A stretch of DNA of 64,000 nt from an uncultured Bacilli bacterium (GCA_947626515.1 CANQSL010000003.1:2028-66027); one strand, 5' to 3'; shown: positions 1 to 10,280, counted from the stretch's first letter. Translations and numbers: made by a program. Notes: generated by a model from the letters alone, not told the origin.

Positions 1-398
1 CTTTTACTAATTTCAATACTATCACTTATAGCTAAAATATATGGCATAATCCCAAAAGGTTTCTGTTCACTAGTCATATTTAAGCCACAAACATATATAT
101 CTATATTTTTGTTAATACTTAAATCATTTAGTACACTGACATCACCTCTTAAAAAATTTGCTTCATCTATAAAAATAGTTCTAGTAGTCTCTTTTATATA
201 ATTGTAAATATCACTTAAGTCCTCTATTTCTATAGCATCTACAGATTCAGTAAACTTACGCGATTTTATTCCATTATCTCGCGTATTCATTTTGGGTTTA
301 AAACACATAATATTTTTCTTATTCCACATATTGAAATAAGTCGCTAATAAAGCCGTCGTTTTACCACTAAACATTGGGCCAGTAAATGTCTTAATCAT
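1..398 (-). CDS. tdk: thymidine kinase, N-terminal ~132 codons (3' end runs off the window start)
   Basis: Absent from the ORF track because it is open at the window edge. The reverse complement from ATG 398-396 reads MIKTFTGPMFSGKTTALLATYFNMW...TIFIDEANFL. This contains the GPMFSGKT P-loop and the IDEAxF Walker B typical of thymidine kinases. Its ATG overlaps the TGA of the upstream gene (ATGA). Confidence 0.75.
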   Translation of the reverse strand, partial: MIKTFTGPMFSGKTTALLATYFNMWNKKNIMCFKPKMNTRDNGIKSRKFTESVDAIEIEDLSDIYNYIKETTRTIFIDEANFLRGDVSVLNDLSINKNIDIYVCGLNMTSEQKPFGIMPYILAISDSIEISK

Positions 399-1066
399 TT
401 GAAAACCTCCTCTATATTATCAATAATTAAGTTATCGTAAACTTTAATGTAGTATTCCACATCTTCTCTATTATCAAGTACCCAACCCAACATTTTATAG
501 TCTTTTTTTAAGGCTTTGACACTCAGAGTATCTAAACAATCATATTGAATAGATAAAAAGTCTACATCAATATTCTTGTTTAAATATTCTTTATTTTTTT
601 TGTTACTAATTACTAATCCAGATACAAAATTCTTTTTTTTAAAAAACTTCACAGTTTCATAATCATAACTTTGTATAGCAAGATCCCCCTTGTAATTTTG
701 TAACATTCGAAGTAACTCGCTCTTTACCAATTTAATATCATCTTTTATATCTATTAAAATTGGTACACTATTATTTACACTATCGAGCACTTCTTTTAAT
801 GGTGGTATATGAAAATAAGAAATATATTCTAAATCAGTATAATTTATTGAGCTTACTTTATCTTTTAATTTTAATAATCTTGACATATCTTCATCGTGAA
901 AAAGAATTAATTTTTTATCTTTTGTCAATCTTACATCAATTTCTAAAGATAAATTATTCTTAGCTGCATACATTACTGATTCCAAGGTGTTTTCATATAT
1001 TGTTATATTATTATATATACCTTTATGAGCAAATATAGATTGTTTTAAAAAGTTTCCTTTACCCAT
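395..1066 (-). CDS. glycerophosphodiester phosphodiesterase (GDPD family)
   Basis: FAHKG..ENTLES..LEIDVRLTKDKKLILFHDEDM matches the N-terminal catalytic motifs of GDPD enzymes. The 223-aa length is typical of the family. Confidence 0.7.
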   Translation of the reverse strand: MGKGNFLKQSIFAHKGIYNNITIYENTLESVMYAAKNNLSLEIDVRLTKDKKLILFHDEDMSRLLKLKDKVSSINYTDLEYISYFHIPPLKEVLDSVNNSVPILIDIKDDIKLVKSELLRMLQNYKGDLAIQSYDYETVKFFKKKNFVSGLVISNKKNKEYLNKNIDVDFLSIQYDCLDTLSVKALKKDYKMLGWVLDNREDVEYYIKVYDNLIIDNIEEVFK

Positions 1067-1116
1067 ACTACCACCTTATTTTAATAATATCATAATTATA
1101 ATAAAAAAAAAAGCAT

Positions 1117-1401
1117 TTATTTTTCATAAACGCTAACTTTTTTTCTATTCTTTCCTAATCTTTCATATTTAACCATACCTTCTATTTTTGCAAATAATGT
1201 ATGATCCTTTCCCATTCCAACGTTTTTCCCTGGATATATCTTAGTTCCTCTTTGACGATATATTATACTTCCTGCAGTAACAGTTTGCCCATCAGCAGCC
1301 TTTGCTCCTAATCTACGTCCTTCAGAATCTCTACCATTTTGAGTAGAAGATTGTCCTTTTTTATGTGCAAAACGTTGAATGTCTAATTTAATTAACAACA
1401 T
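1117..1401 (-). CDS. rpmA: 50S ribosomal protein L27 with N-terminal propeptide
   Basis: [11 protein letters not shown]|[21 protein letters not shown] is the L27 core preceded by the short Firmicute propeptide that Prp removes. The gene sits in the rplU-prp-rpmA order. Confidence 0.95.
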   Translation of the reverse strand: MLLIKLDIQRFAHKKGQSSTQNGRDSEGRRLGAKAADGQTVTAGSIIYRQRGTKIYPGKNVGMGKDHTLFAKIEGMVKYERLGKNRKKVSVYEK

Positions 1402-1403
1402 TT

Positions 1404-1712
1404 TTAGTCCTCACTTTCAATTTTAATATTCTTTCTATAGTTTTTTTCTAAATCTTTTAACAAATCTATCATAGTATTTAATAAAATATCTACAATAGAA
1501 TTATTTTTATTATTAACTATAGTAATTGTCTTACCATCATCTTTATAATTTATGGCAAATTTATCAATATTCATAATACTATTTACTGTGGTAGAAATTA
1601 TACTACTTACGCTTGCACAAACAATATCTTTTCCATATTCATTAAAATTTGCATGCCCAGTAATTTTTATAGTATTATCTTTTATTAAACACTTTATCAT
1701 TTTAGCCAACAA
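1404..1712 (-). CDS. prp: ribosomal-processing cysteine protease Prp (YsxB family)
   Basis: 102-aa ORF located between rplU and rpmA. ITGHANF and DIVCASVSS provide the His/Cys dyad context of Prp. Confidence 0.85.
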   Translation of the reverse strand: MLAKMIKCLIKDNTIKITGHANFNEYGKDIVCASVSSIISTTVNSIMNIDKFAINYKDDGKTITIVNNKNNSIVDILLNTMIDLLKDLEKNYRKNIKIESED

Positions 1713-2001
1713 TATTCTTAACTACTAATTTAGTATATGGTTGTCTATGTCCTTGAGTTTTACGATATTTTTTCTTTGGATGATATTTAAATACTGTAAT
1801 TTTTTTTGCTTTGCCATTTTTTTCTACAGTACAGACAACTTTTGCTCCTTTTACATTAGGAGTTCCAACTTTATCATCAACCATTAAAACGTCAGTAAAT
1901 TCAACGTCTTTACCAGCTTCAACATCTAGTTTTTCTACATATATTACATCTCCAACAGATACATAATATTGTTTACCACCAGTTACAAATATAGCTTTCA
2001 T
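1702..2001 (-). CDS. rplU: 50S ribosomal protein L21
   Basis: [25 protein letters not shown]...[21 protein letters not shown] is a canonical L21 sequence. Confidence 0.95.
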   Translation of the reverse strand: MKAIFVTGGKQYYVSVGDVIYVEKLDVEAGKDVEFTDVLMVDDKVGTPNVKGAKVVCTVEKNGKAKKITVFKYHPKKKYRKTQGHRQPYTKLVVKNIVG

Positions 2002-2137
2002 ATTCTTTTACCTCCTTATTTTATTTTTGAAGACTCGCCTTTAAGGTGACTATTAGTACTTAAAATACCTTTTTAGTGCGGTTTATAAGAACACTTACAA
2101 ACAAAAGTATCTTATCAAATAATCATAAGCTTGTCAA
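2002..2137 (-). promoter_or_regulatory. sigma-A type promoter plus ~100-nt untranslated leader of rplU-prp-rpmA (possible L21 leader)
   Basis: The minus strand reads TTGACA (2137-2132), a 17-nt spacer, then TAAGAT (2114-2109). A long leader follows, ending in the AAGGAGG RBS. This is where Firmicutes carry the L21 leader RNA, but I did not verify its structure. Confidence 0.4.
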
Positions 2138-2138
2138 T

Positions 2139-3131
2139 TTATTTTCTTATTAATTTATGCTTTATTAAATAAAAAATATGCCACAATCTAATAGTTAAAT
2201 ATTTATTTATTCTTAACGATAAAAATATATAATATTTATAACCTAAATATTTTTTATCAACATCACTTAATTTTATGCTTTTTAAATAATTATATATATC
2301 TAAAAATTCTTTTCTTTTCAATAAACTATAATCATTTAGTAACGATACATATAAAAGTACTGTAGTATAACAATTAATTTTATTATGAATTGCACTTTTT
2401 TTAAAATCTTTAAAATTATATAAAAAATCATCTTTGTTGTTAGACATTTCAATCATATCTAGTAATGTTTTTAAAGAAATGTTATGAGATATTGAATTTT
2501 TTCTATAAAAATAAGCATATAATTTTATATCTACTGTAATTATTTTTTTTGCTATATTATATATTTTATAAGTTGTTCCAACATCTTCATATACTCTATT
2601 AAGAGGAAATCTAATACTTTTAAATAATTTTCTTTTGTATAATTTATTCCAAGTTGTATCTCCAGGAATTAATCCTGTAATATTTACATAATCTAATGCA
2701 TTTAAACTATAATAATCTCTTATTTCATAATCATTTAATTTAAATATAGGATATTTTTTATCAAATGTATAATAATCACAAATAGAAATATCAGCTTTAT
2801 TTTTAACTAATTCTTTATGTAATATTTTATACATATTTTCACTTATATAGTCATCACTATCTACAAATCCTATATACTTTCCTTTTGCAATATCTAATCC
2901 AGCATTTCTTGCATCTGATAATCCACCATTTTTCTTATGTATTACTTTTATTCTTTTATCAAGCTTAGCATACTCATCACAAATCTTTCCACAATTATCT
3001 GGACTTCCATCATCTACTAAGATTATCTCTAAATTTTTATATGTTTGATTTATTATCGAATCTACACATCTATTTAAATATTCTTCTACTTTATAGACTG
3101 GAACTATAACACTTATTAAATCTTTATCCAT
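2139..3131 (-). CDS. family 2 glycosyltransferase (GT-A fold)
   Basis: ISVIVPVYKVEEYLNRCVDSIINQTYKNLEIILVDDGSPD...DARNAGL...FVDSDD is the classic GT2 N-terminal half. Confidence 0.85.
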   Translation of the reverse strand: MDKDLISVIVPVYKVEEYLNRCVDSIINQTYKNLEIILVDDGSPDNCGKICDEYAKLDKRIKVIHKKNGGLSDARNAGLDIAKGKYIGFVDSDDYISENMYKILHKELVKNKADISICDYYTFDKKYPIFKLNDYEIRDYYSLNALDYVNITGLIPGDTTWNKLYKRKLFKSIRFPLNRVYEDVGTTYKIYNIAKKIITVDIKLYAYFYRKNSISHNISLKTLLDMIEMSNNKDDFLYNFKDFKKSAIHNKINCYTTVLLYVSLLNDYSLLKRKEFLDIYNYLKSIKLSDVDKKYLGYKYYIFLSLRINKYLTIRLWHIFYLIKHKLIRK

Positions 3132-3186
3132 AAAACCACCATAATAATTTTATTTCAAAGCTAGTACCTATAAAATATTTCTTTTA
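2778..3186. repeat. copy A of a ~410-nt segmental duplication (partner 4975-5381)
   Basis: My hand alignment to 4975-5381 gives 17 substitutions plus two 1-nt indels. The repeat covers about the first 118 codons of the GT2 gene, its RBS and ~55 nt beyond the start codon. Confidence 0.85.
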
Positions 3187-3279
3187 TAAGATATCCACTT
3201 AATTAAAGTTTAACATTAATTATTTTACTTTACAATAAAATTTATTTTTTATATAATTTTTTGAGTGAGGTGTTTTTCG

Positions 3280-4290
3280 ATGACAAATAAAATATCTATA
3301 ATTATTCCAGTTTTTAATCGTGCTAAATATATAGAAAGATGTTTGGATAGCATATTAAATCAAACTTATTCTAATTTTGAAATAATTTTAATTAATGATG
3401 GTTCAACAGATAATTCATTAGATATATTAAAAAAATATAAAAAACAAGACAAAAGAATAATTATAATAGATAAAAAACATGAAGGTGTTTCTATTGCAAG
3501 AAATGCTGGTATTAAAAAATCATCAGGAGATTATATAACTTTTGTAGATAGCGATGATTATTTAGAATTAAATGCTCTAGAAAACATGATTAATTTATCG
3601 AAGAAATATAAGTGTGAAATAATACGTACAGATTATAGGTATTTAAACTATAATAAAGACCTTCCACATACGCACAAATATGAAGGCATGTATAAATTAA
3701 ATAATAAAAATAGACATATGTTTATTGAATCAGCATTAAAAGAAGAATTTGGTTGTTACATATGGTTATTGTTAATAAAAAAAGATTTTATTATAAAAAA
3801 TAATATTTATTTTGAAAAAGAATTATACGTTCACCAAGATTTAGATTTTTATATTAATTTATTTAATAATGCTCATAGTATATATTTTAGTAATATAATT
3901 ACGTACAATTATATTTTTAATAAAGAATGTAGCAAAAATTTAAAAAATACTAAAAGAAATGTTATTAGCAATATAAATCTTTCAAAAGCATTATACTCTA
4001 AATTAGATAATTCTTATAACGATTTAATTGATGTATTAACTACTAAGTTAAGCTATATTTATTTTATGGGATTATTTATAGAAAATAAAATGCAGTTAAA
4101 AGAAATATATTATATGCTAATCAATAACGAAGACTTTAGTAATATTTTAAAAAGAATGTATAGTACTAAAGCATATAAAAAATATTGCCACAAACATAAA
4201 GTATATTACTTCTTCCTTCTAAAAAAAATAAACTTTAACTTTTTAGCATTTATTTTAAATATTTATAAAATTTTCTTTAATAAAAAATAA
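3280..4290 (+). CDS. family 2 glycosyltransferase
   Basis: ISIIIPVFNRAKYIERCLDSILNQTYSNFEIILINDGSTD...ARNAGI...FVDSDD. The track ORF begins at GTG 3265. The ATG at 3280 has a GTGAGGTG RBS about 8 nt upstream, so I prefer it. Confidence 0.85.
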   Translation: MTNKISIIIPVFNRAKYIERCLDSILNQTYSNFEIILINDGSTDNSLDILKKYKKQDKRIIIIDKKHEGVSIARNAGIKKSSGDYITFVDSDDYLELNALENMINLSKKYKCEIIRTDYRYLNYNKDLPHTHKYEGMYKLNNKNRHMFIESALKEEFGCYIWLLLIKKDFIIKNNIYFEKELYVHQDLDFYINLFNNAHSIYFSNIITYNYIFNKECSKNLKNTKRNVISNINLSKALYSKLDNSYNDLIDVLTTKLSYIYFMGLFIENKMQLKEIYYMLINNEDFSNILKRMYSTKAYKKYCHKHKVYYFFLLKKINFNFLAFILNIYKIFFNKK

Positions 4291-4324
4291 GAGACCATTT
4301 TAAACGATTGACTCTTATTTTTAA
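4283..4324. terminator. bidirectional intrinsic terminator between convergent GT2 genes
   Basis: Stem ATAAGAG (4287-4293) pairs with CTCTTAT (4312-4318). An A-run lies on the left and a T-run on the right. The hairpin overlaps both stop codons. Confidence 0.5.
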
Positions 4325-5328
4325 TAATTTTTAAATTTTAAAACCACTCTTTTTATAAAATCATATATTTTATTGGCAATATAAAATAAGTTTTTATTAA
4401 AGCATAATAATTTATATTGTATACGATATCTTAATGGAATCAATTTAGATTTCATTAACTTTTTATCACTGTTTTTTAATAATTCACGTACTCTTTGTAT
4501 TTTTTTTGAAAAGAAAAATTCCTTATCATTATAATGAGTTCCTCTTAATAGAGCACATAATATATTAATGTTTCTATTTAATATAATAGAATCTTTATAT
4601 TCATTAAAATTCTTCAATAAAAATTTACTTCTTTGAGTAGTCATTTCAATTATATCACTTATATTTTTGGGATTTTTATTTGATGTTATCGAATTAGAAT
4701 TATCATAATATGCATATAATATGCAATCAATATTTATTATTTTTTTTGCTTCATAAAATAATAAATACGTCGTACCTATATCTTCAAATACGAAATTTTT
4801 GGGGTATCTTATTTTTTTAAATAATTTTCTTTTATATAATTTATTCCACGCATAATCTTGAATTTTTCTTTGTTTTATTTTTATTAATTCTAATATTGCT
4901 TCTTTATTCGTATATGAAGTAATTTCATAATCTGTTGTAAACTCGGGTATTTTATTCTTAAAATAAATATATTTACAAATAGAAATATCTGCTTTATTTT
5001 TAACTAATTCTTTATATAATATTTCATACATATTTTCACTTATATAGTCATCACTATCTACAAATCCTATATATTTTCCTTTTGCAACACTTAATCCAGC
5101 ATTTCTTGCATCTGATAAGCCACCATTTTTCTTATGTATTACTTTTATTCTCTTATCAAGTTTAGCATATTCATCACATATTTTTCCACAATTATCTGGA
5201 CTTCCATCATCTACTAATATTATCTCTAAATTTTTATACGTTTGATTTATTATTGAATCTACACATCTATTTAAATATTCTTCTACTTTATAGACTGGAA
5301 CTATAACACTTATTAAATCTTTCTCCAT
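4321..5328 (-). CDS. family 2 glycosyltransferase, paralogue of 2139-3131
   Basis: The N-terminal ~118 aa are nearly identical to the 2139-3131 product and carry the same GT2 motifs. The C-terminal half has diverged. Confidence 0.85.
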   Translation of the reverse strand: MEKDLISVIVPVYKVEEYLNRCVDSIINQTYKNLEIILVDDGSPDNCGKICDEYAKLDKRIKVIHKKNGGLSDARNAGLSVAKGKYIGFVDSDDYISENMYEILYKELVKNKADISICKYIYFKNKIPEFTTDYEITSYTNKEAILELIKIKQRKIQDYAWNKLYKRKLFKKIRYPKNFVFEDIGTTYLLFYEAKKIINIDCILYAYYDNSNSITSNKNPKNISDIIEMTTQRSKFLLKNFNEYKDSIILNRNINILCALLRGTHYNDKEFFFSKKIQRVRELLKNSDKKLMKSKLIPLRYRIQYKLLCFNKNLFYIANKIYDFIKRVVLKFKNY

Positions 5329-5381
5329 AAAACCACCATAATAATTTATTTCAAGCTAGTACCTATAAAATATTTCTTTTT
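4975..5381. repeat. copy B of the ~410-nt segmental duplication (partner 2778-3186)
   Basis: See copy A. In this copy the distal ~40 nt are the genuine 3' end of tyrS. Confidence 0.85.
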
Positions 5382-6581
5382 ACCTTTTCTTATAATTAAA
5401 TATTCTTTTTCTATTAAAATATCTTCATTTACAACTAAAGTTTCATCAGTTACTTTATTTCCATTTACAGTTATACTTCCATTAGATAAAAATTCTCTAC
5501 CTTCTCTTTTACTAACTGCAATATTATTATTTACTAATATATCTAATATGCTTTCGTTTAATTTAAATTCAAAATTTGGTACATCTTTTAATCCATCTTT
5601 TATTTCTTCAATACTTAATTTATTAATTTCTCCACTAAATAAGCATTCACTTATTCTAGCAGCCTTATTATATTCCTCTAATCCATGTAAAAAGGTTATA
5701 ACTTCTTTAGCGAGAGCTTTTTGAGCAATACGCTTTTCAGGACAAGCTAAGTGTTCTTTCATAATATTTTCTATTTCTTCTTTTTTTAAAAATGTAAATC
5801 TCTTAAGATAATCTTCCATCATTATATCTTCAAAATTTAACATATATTGAAATAGTTCATATGAAGAAGTTTTTTCTTTGTCAAGCCATAAAGCATTCCC
5901 ATATGATTTACCTAATTTATTACCGTTTGAATCAGTTGTAAGTGGCATACTAAATGCATAAACCTCTTCATCTTTTAATTTTCTTATTAATTCTATTCCT
6001 GTAGTTAAATTTCCCCATTGATCAGAGCCACCAAATTGCAATGTTATACCATATTTTTCATTTAATTTTAAAAAGTCATATCCTTGAATTAACATATATG
6101 AAAACTCAGCATAAGAAATACCTATTTCTAGCTGTCTTTTTACTAAATCTTTATTTATCATATAATTGACGTTAATGTATTTGCCTACATCTCTTAAAAA
6201 GTCGATGTAATTCATATCTTTAAACCAGTCAAAATTATTAACTATTGTAACATCATCACCAAATAATTTTTTCATCTGTGCTTTGATTTTAACAAAATTT
6301 CTATCAATAACAGCAATATCTGCTTTTTCTCTTTCTCCAGTCCCTCTAGGATCTCCTACACGGCCTGTTGCACCTCCAACTAAAATATATGGTATGTGTC
6401 CTGCTCTTTTCAATCTTTCTATCATTAAAAAAGTTGGAAATTGCCCTATATGTAAACTTTCAGCAGTTGGATCTGCTCCTATATAAAAAGAAATACCACC
6501 TTTATTTAATTTATCTTTTAATTCAGGACTAGTTTCATCCTTTATTAATCCTCTCCAAACTAACTCATCATAAAAACTCAT
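5346..6581 (-). CDS. tyrS: tyrosine--tRNA ligase
   Basis: Carries the HIGH-type motif (ESLHIGQF) and the KMSKS-type motif (KLGKS), plus a C-terminal S4-like domain. Length is 411 aa. A T-box with a UAC specifier lies upstream. Confidence 0.95.
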   Translation of the reverse strand: MSFYDELVWRGLIKDETSPELKDKLNKGGISFYIGADPTAESLHIGQFPTFLMIERLKRAGHIPYILVGGATGRVGDPRGTGEREKADIAVIDRNFVKIKAQMKKLFGDDVTIVNNFDWFKDMNYIDFLRDVGKYINVNYMINKDLVKRQLEIGISYAEFSYMLIQGYDFLKLNEKYGITLQFGGSDQWGNLTTGIELIRKLKDEEVYAFSMPLTTDSNGNKLGKSYGNALWLDKEKTSSYELFQYMLNFEDIMMEDYLKRFTFLKKEEIENIMKEHLACPEKRIAQKALAKEVITFLHGLEEYNKAARISECLFSGEINKLSIEEIKDGLKDVPNFEFKLNESILDILVNNNIAVSKREGREFLSNGSITVNGNKVTDETLVVNEDILIEKEYLIIRKGKKKYFIGTSLK

Positions 6582-6764
6582 ATATACCTCCTAAAAAAAC
6601 ACCCATAATATATAAGGACGTAATTTACGTGGTACCACCTTATTTCTATGAATGTTATCATACTTATTAATCGTAACGTGAATAAACGTTCTAGCTCCAG
6701 GGTTGTAAATCCTTTCATCACTAACATTAAAATTATATCATATTATTAAGAAATTAGTAAATCA
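6582..6764 (-). promoter_or_regulatory. T-box leader (tyrosine specifier) controlling tyrS
   Basis: The minus strand contains AGTGATGA (a GA/K-turn-like start of stem I) and TTTACAACC, with UAC followed by a purine as candidate specifier. It also contains AATAAGGTGGTACCACG, which matches the conserved T-box core GGUGGUACCGCG. GGGTG plus a T7 run follows just before the RBS. An extended -10 (TGATATAAT) lies upstream. Confidence 0.7.
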
Positions 6765-7520
6765 TTAACTCTCTCTAATTTGATTTATATAATTATTTAT
6801 TTTCTCACTCCAAGTTTCGCTTGCTGCATATTTTGGATTTATTAATTCTGGTGTAGTTAATCCCTCTTTATAATAATCATTATATAAAATATCTAAATAG
6901 CCATTGATACCACTTTCTAAACTATCAAATTTTAGGTATCCATTTGTACCCTTTAATCCACCAATATTATAATTTTCTTTAACTAAACTACTACATTCCC
7001 ATTTACAACCTGTCTCATGAAGTACAATTGCAACAGCTAAATAAGGATCTAATCCAGTTTTAAGATAATAATCTACAAAATAAATCCCAGTATTAACTAA
7101 TGTAGAGTTCAAATTTCTATTTAATTTATCAACTAATTCCTTCTTAGTCATATTATCATAAATTATTTTTCCATCATATGAAATACTTTCAATCTTTTCT
7201 TTTGCAGTTTCAATTAAATTATCAATATCAATCTTTTTAGTAGTTATCATTGTACTTACTTCTATATCACTATTTATTACTTCATTAGATGCAATTTCAG
7301 TAGTTGTTATTTCATTAGAAGTTACCTCAGTAGTAGCTGTTTCTAAAATATTTGCCGATTTATTTATATTTAAAATATCACTATATACTAGTGTATAACT
7401 TTCGCTTTTTTTATATGTTTCATAAAAATATGTTTTTATACCTTTAATACTAAATACACATAATGCTATACCAATTACTACTATTAATAACTGTATATAT
7501 ATTTTTTTCATAATAATCAC
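6765..7520 (-). CDS. membrane-anchored protein with C-terminal glucosaminidase-like (LytD/FlgJ-type) domain
   Basis: N-terminal TM helix, then a T/S/E-rich repetitive linker (TTEVTSNEITTTEIASNEV). LAVAIVLHETGCKWECSSLVKENYNIGGLKG resembles the ESg..s.l....NlfGiK core of mannosyl-glycoprotein endo-beta-N-acetylglucosaminidases. Confidence 0.55.
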   Translation of the reverse strand: MIIMKKIYIQLLIVVIGIALCVFSIKGIKTYFYETYKKSESYTLVYSDILNINKSANILETATTEVTSNEITTTEIASNEVINSDIEVSTMITTKKIDIDNLIETAKEKIESISYDGKIIYDNMTKKELVDKLNRNLNSTLVNTGIYFVDYYLKTGLDPYLAVAIVLHETGCKWECSSLVKENYNIGGLKGTNGYLKFDSLESGINGYLDILYNDYYKEGLTTPELINPKYAASETWSEKINNYINQIRES

Positions 7521-7572
7521 TAATATAGTATAACAAAAATACTAAAAATATGCAAAAAAACACCATTTTTTT

Positions 7573-7602
7573 AAAAAAAGCCTTATCTAAAGGCCTTTTT
7601 TA
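7573..7602. terminator. intrinsic terminator downstream of comEC (hairpin flanked by A and T runs)
   Basis: AAAAAAAGCCTTATCTAAAGGCCTTTTTT. GCCTT (7580-7584) pairs with AAGGC (7590-7594). The flanking A7 and T6 runs allow termination on either strand. Confidence 0.4.
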
Positions 7603-7657
7603 TGATTAAAAAATTTTAATCTAATATATATAAAACATTATAATGTTATATTATATT

Positions 7658-9679
7658 TTATGGTCGATATGTTAAAAAAGTTCTATTTTTTTTGGAAATT
7701 TTAATTAAAATTGTTCCAAAATCCTGAGTATTATAATATTTTATATTTAATGAATTTAATGTATCTAAAGTTTCTTTATGTGGATGATTATATATATTGT
7801 TTCTACCACTGGATATGATTGCATATTTAGGCTTTATCGTTTTTAAAAAATTATAATCACTACTCGTCTTAGAACCATGATGCCCTATTTTTATAATATC
7901 AACTTGTATTTTATATTTATTTATTATTTCATTTTCAACTTCCTTAGGAGCATCTCCCATAAATATAAATTTAGTATTAAATATATTTAAATAACTTATA
8001 ATACTATTATCATTTTCTTCAGTTTTTAAAGTATGGTCTAATATTTGAAAATTAAGCTTAGTAGTTACTTTAGATATTATTTTATCTTTAGGTAAAGCTT
8101 TCTCTAATTCATTTATTTCACCATTATTTATCTTTATTCTTTTTACATCAAAATTGTTTATTAAATAATTAGCATTTCCTATATGATCACTATCGCCATG
8201 GGTAATTATTAAATTATCTACATTATTTATACCAATACTTTTAAAAAAAGTAATAATATTATCCATTATTTCATAATTGCTACCATACTTTTTACCTCCA
8301 GTATCTATAACTATACATTCATCTTTATATTTTATAGTTATCATATCACCCTGTCCAACATCTAAAAAATATACATAGCAATGATTATCTATTAAATTAA
8401 CATATTTTAACATAAAAATATATAGTATAAATAAAACAATATATTTTTTATTTAAAGATAAAAAAGTATAAAATAACAAATAATATATAGCTATGGCTAA
8501 AAAATTCATCTTTGGTATGTTTATAATTAAAAAATCAAACTTATAGAGTAATGATGAAATGGATTCAATAATATTAATTATAAAATTAAATAAATTTATT
8601 AAAAAAGGAAAGATAAATGTCAATAATGAGAGTGGATAAACTATAAAAGATATTAATGGTACAAATATAATATTTATAAAAATACTTAATAAATTTATTT
8701 CATAATTATTATTTACTGTTATTGGTAAACTTACAAAAAAACTTATAAAAGATATTAACAATATATTAATTAAATATTTATATTTGAAGTATTTAGAATA
8801 ATAAATTAAAGTATAACTAATTAAAGATGAATAAATAAACCCTAAATTATAAATATACTTTGGATATACTAATAAAATTAAAGAGATAGATAAAATTAAA
8901 ATATCTTTAATATCTATTTTATAATTAATTGTTTTAAATATATTTAATAAAATATAAAAAACAATACTACGTACTATACTTGCTTGATAATTTGTAATAA
9001 TTAAATAAAAAATTAAAAAAATTATTACAATAAAAACATTATATTTACTTTTTTTAAATTTATTCAATATAAATAATATAATACTTGCTAACAAGCTAAT
9101 ATGCATTCCCGATATTGAAAATATATGTATTATTCCATTTGCTTTATATGTTTCATATACATTAGATTCTAAATAATTTTTATTACCTAAAATAAATGTA
9201 TTTAAATAACCTTTTTTATCTATTTTATTAATTTTTTTAACAATAGTATTTTTTATTTTATATAAAAAGTTATTTGTTCTTTTAATACTAATTACTTTAT
9301 CTACATTTAATATATAAAAAATATCATTATTAAAAAGATACTTTTTATAGTTAAAAGTATTAGGTATAGTATTATTATATGGTATAGATAAATCACCTTT
9401 TAAACTTATTATATCTCCATAATTTAAATCTATATTTAATTCTCCATAATAATTACATTTAATTTTTTCTTTTCCTTTTAATATAAAAGTTATGTAATTA
9501 TCTTTATATTCATAGCTAGTGACAATGCCAATAAAATCTTTATTATCTAAATTATAATTTGATTTCTTATATATATTAATTCTAGATATAGAAAATAATA
9601 ATACTAATAAAAAAATTAATATATATTTATACTTTAATAAAATCTTTAATTTCTTTAAAAATCTTTTCTCCAATTCCAT
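7658..9679 (-). CDS. comEC: DNA internalization competence protein ComEC/Rec2
   Basis: 673-aa polytopic protein with a central competence-domain TM bundle. The C-terminal metallo-beta-lactamase domain reads YFLDVGQGD...THGDSDHIGN...GHHGS. It follows the comEA genes. Confidence 0.9.
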   Translation of the reverse strand: MELEKRFLKKLKILLKYKYILIFLLVLLFSISRINIYKKSNYNLDNKDFIGIVTSYEYKDNYITFILKGKEKIKCNYYGELNIDLNYGDIISLKGDLSIPYNNTIPNTFNYKKYLFNNDIFYILNVDKVISIKRTNNFLYKIKNTIVKKINKIDKKGYLNTFILGNKNYLESNVYETYKANGIIHIFSISGMHISLLASIILFILNKFKKSKYNVFIVIIFLIFYLIITNYQASIVRSIVFYILLNIFKTINYKIDIKDILILSISLILLVYPKYIYNLGFIYSSLISYTLIYYSKYFKYKYLINILLISFISFFVSLPITVNNNYEINLLSIFINIIFVPLISFIVYPLSLLTFIFPFLINLFNFIINIIESISSLLYKFDFLIINIPKMNFLAIAIYYLLFYTFLSLNKKYIVLFILYIFMLKYVNLIDNHCYVYFLDVGQGDMITIKYKDECIVIDTGGKKYGSNYEIMDNIITFFKSIGINNVDNLIITHGDSDHIGNANYLINNFDVKRIKINNGEINELEKALPKDKIISKVTTKLNFQILDHTLKTEENDNSIISYLNIFNTKFIFMGDAPKEVENEIINKYKIQVDIIKIGHHGSKTSSDYNFLKTIKPKYAIISSGRNNIYNHPHKETLDTLNSLNIKYYNTQDFGTILIKISKKNRTFLTYRP

Positions 9680-10280
9680 TTACTTTTAATAAATCTTCTA
9701 TACTTTTAAAATTTCCATTAGTTTTTCTATATTCAATAATATTTTTTGCTTTTGCATTTCCTATACCTTTTAAAGTCATTAATTCTTCTATACTTGCTGT
9801 ATTTATATTTACAATCTTTATTTCCATAGAATTAAATTCATTAACTTTTTTTGTTGTTGTAGTCTTTTTAGATGTAATATTTGTTATATTTTTTTTAGTT
9901 GTAGTAATTTTTTTAGTCGTAGTTGTTTTAGGTAATGTAGATGTAGTAGTTTTAATTTCTTCTTTTGTAGTAATATCGGGATTTACATCACATTTATATT
10001 TATAAATAATAGTACACTTACATTTATTTATTTTTAGTTCATCTTTACTAAAGATATAAATAACCATTTCATCTTCTACTTTTTTACTTAAATTTATATT
10101 GTTAGTAACGGCATCTTTTTTTAATCCTCCAGCCTTTTTTATAACATCATTAATGGTATAATCTTCTTCTATTTCATAAACTCCAGGTTTGTTTACTTCA
10201 CCTTTAATATCACAATATTCTTTATTTATATTATCTTTAGATAAAAATAAAATACTTAATAAAATCATCAATTTCTTCAT
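9627..10280 (-). CDS. comEA: ComEA-family DNA-binding protein, paralogue 2 (SLBB + T/K-rich linker + helix-hairpin-helix)
   Basis: N-terminal signal/anchor, then an SLBB-like region (GEVNKPGVYEIEEDYTINDVIKKAGG). A TTTKK-rich linker follows. The C-terminus reads NINTASIEELMTLKGIGNAKAKNIIEYRKTNGNFKSIEDL (HhH). Confidence 0.8.
   Translation of the reverse strand: MKKLMILLSILFLSKDNINKEYCDIKGEVNKPGVYEIEEDYTINDVIKKAGGLKKDAVTNNINLSKKVEDEMVIYIFSKDELKINKCKCTIIYKYKCDVNPDITTKEEIKTTTSTLPKTTTTKKITTTKKNITNITSKKTTTTKKVNEFNSMEIKIVNINTASIEELMTLKGIGNAKAKNIIEYRKTNGNFKSIEDLLKVNGIGEKIFKEIKDFIKV

Noticed and set aside
9850-9960. T/K-rich repetitive DNA in comEA paralogue 2 as a tandem repeat or contingency locus
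   Set aside because: The repeats are imperfect at the nucleotide level and remain in frame. It looks like a low-complexity linker rather than a defined tandem repeat array.
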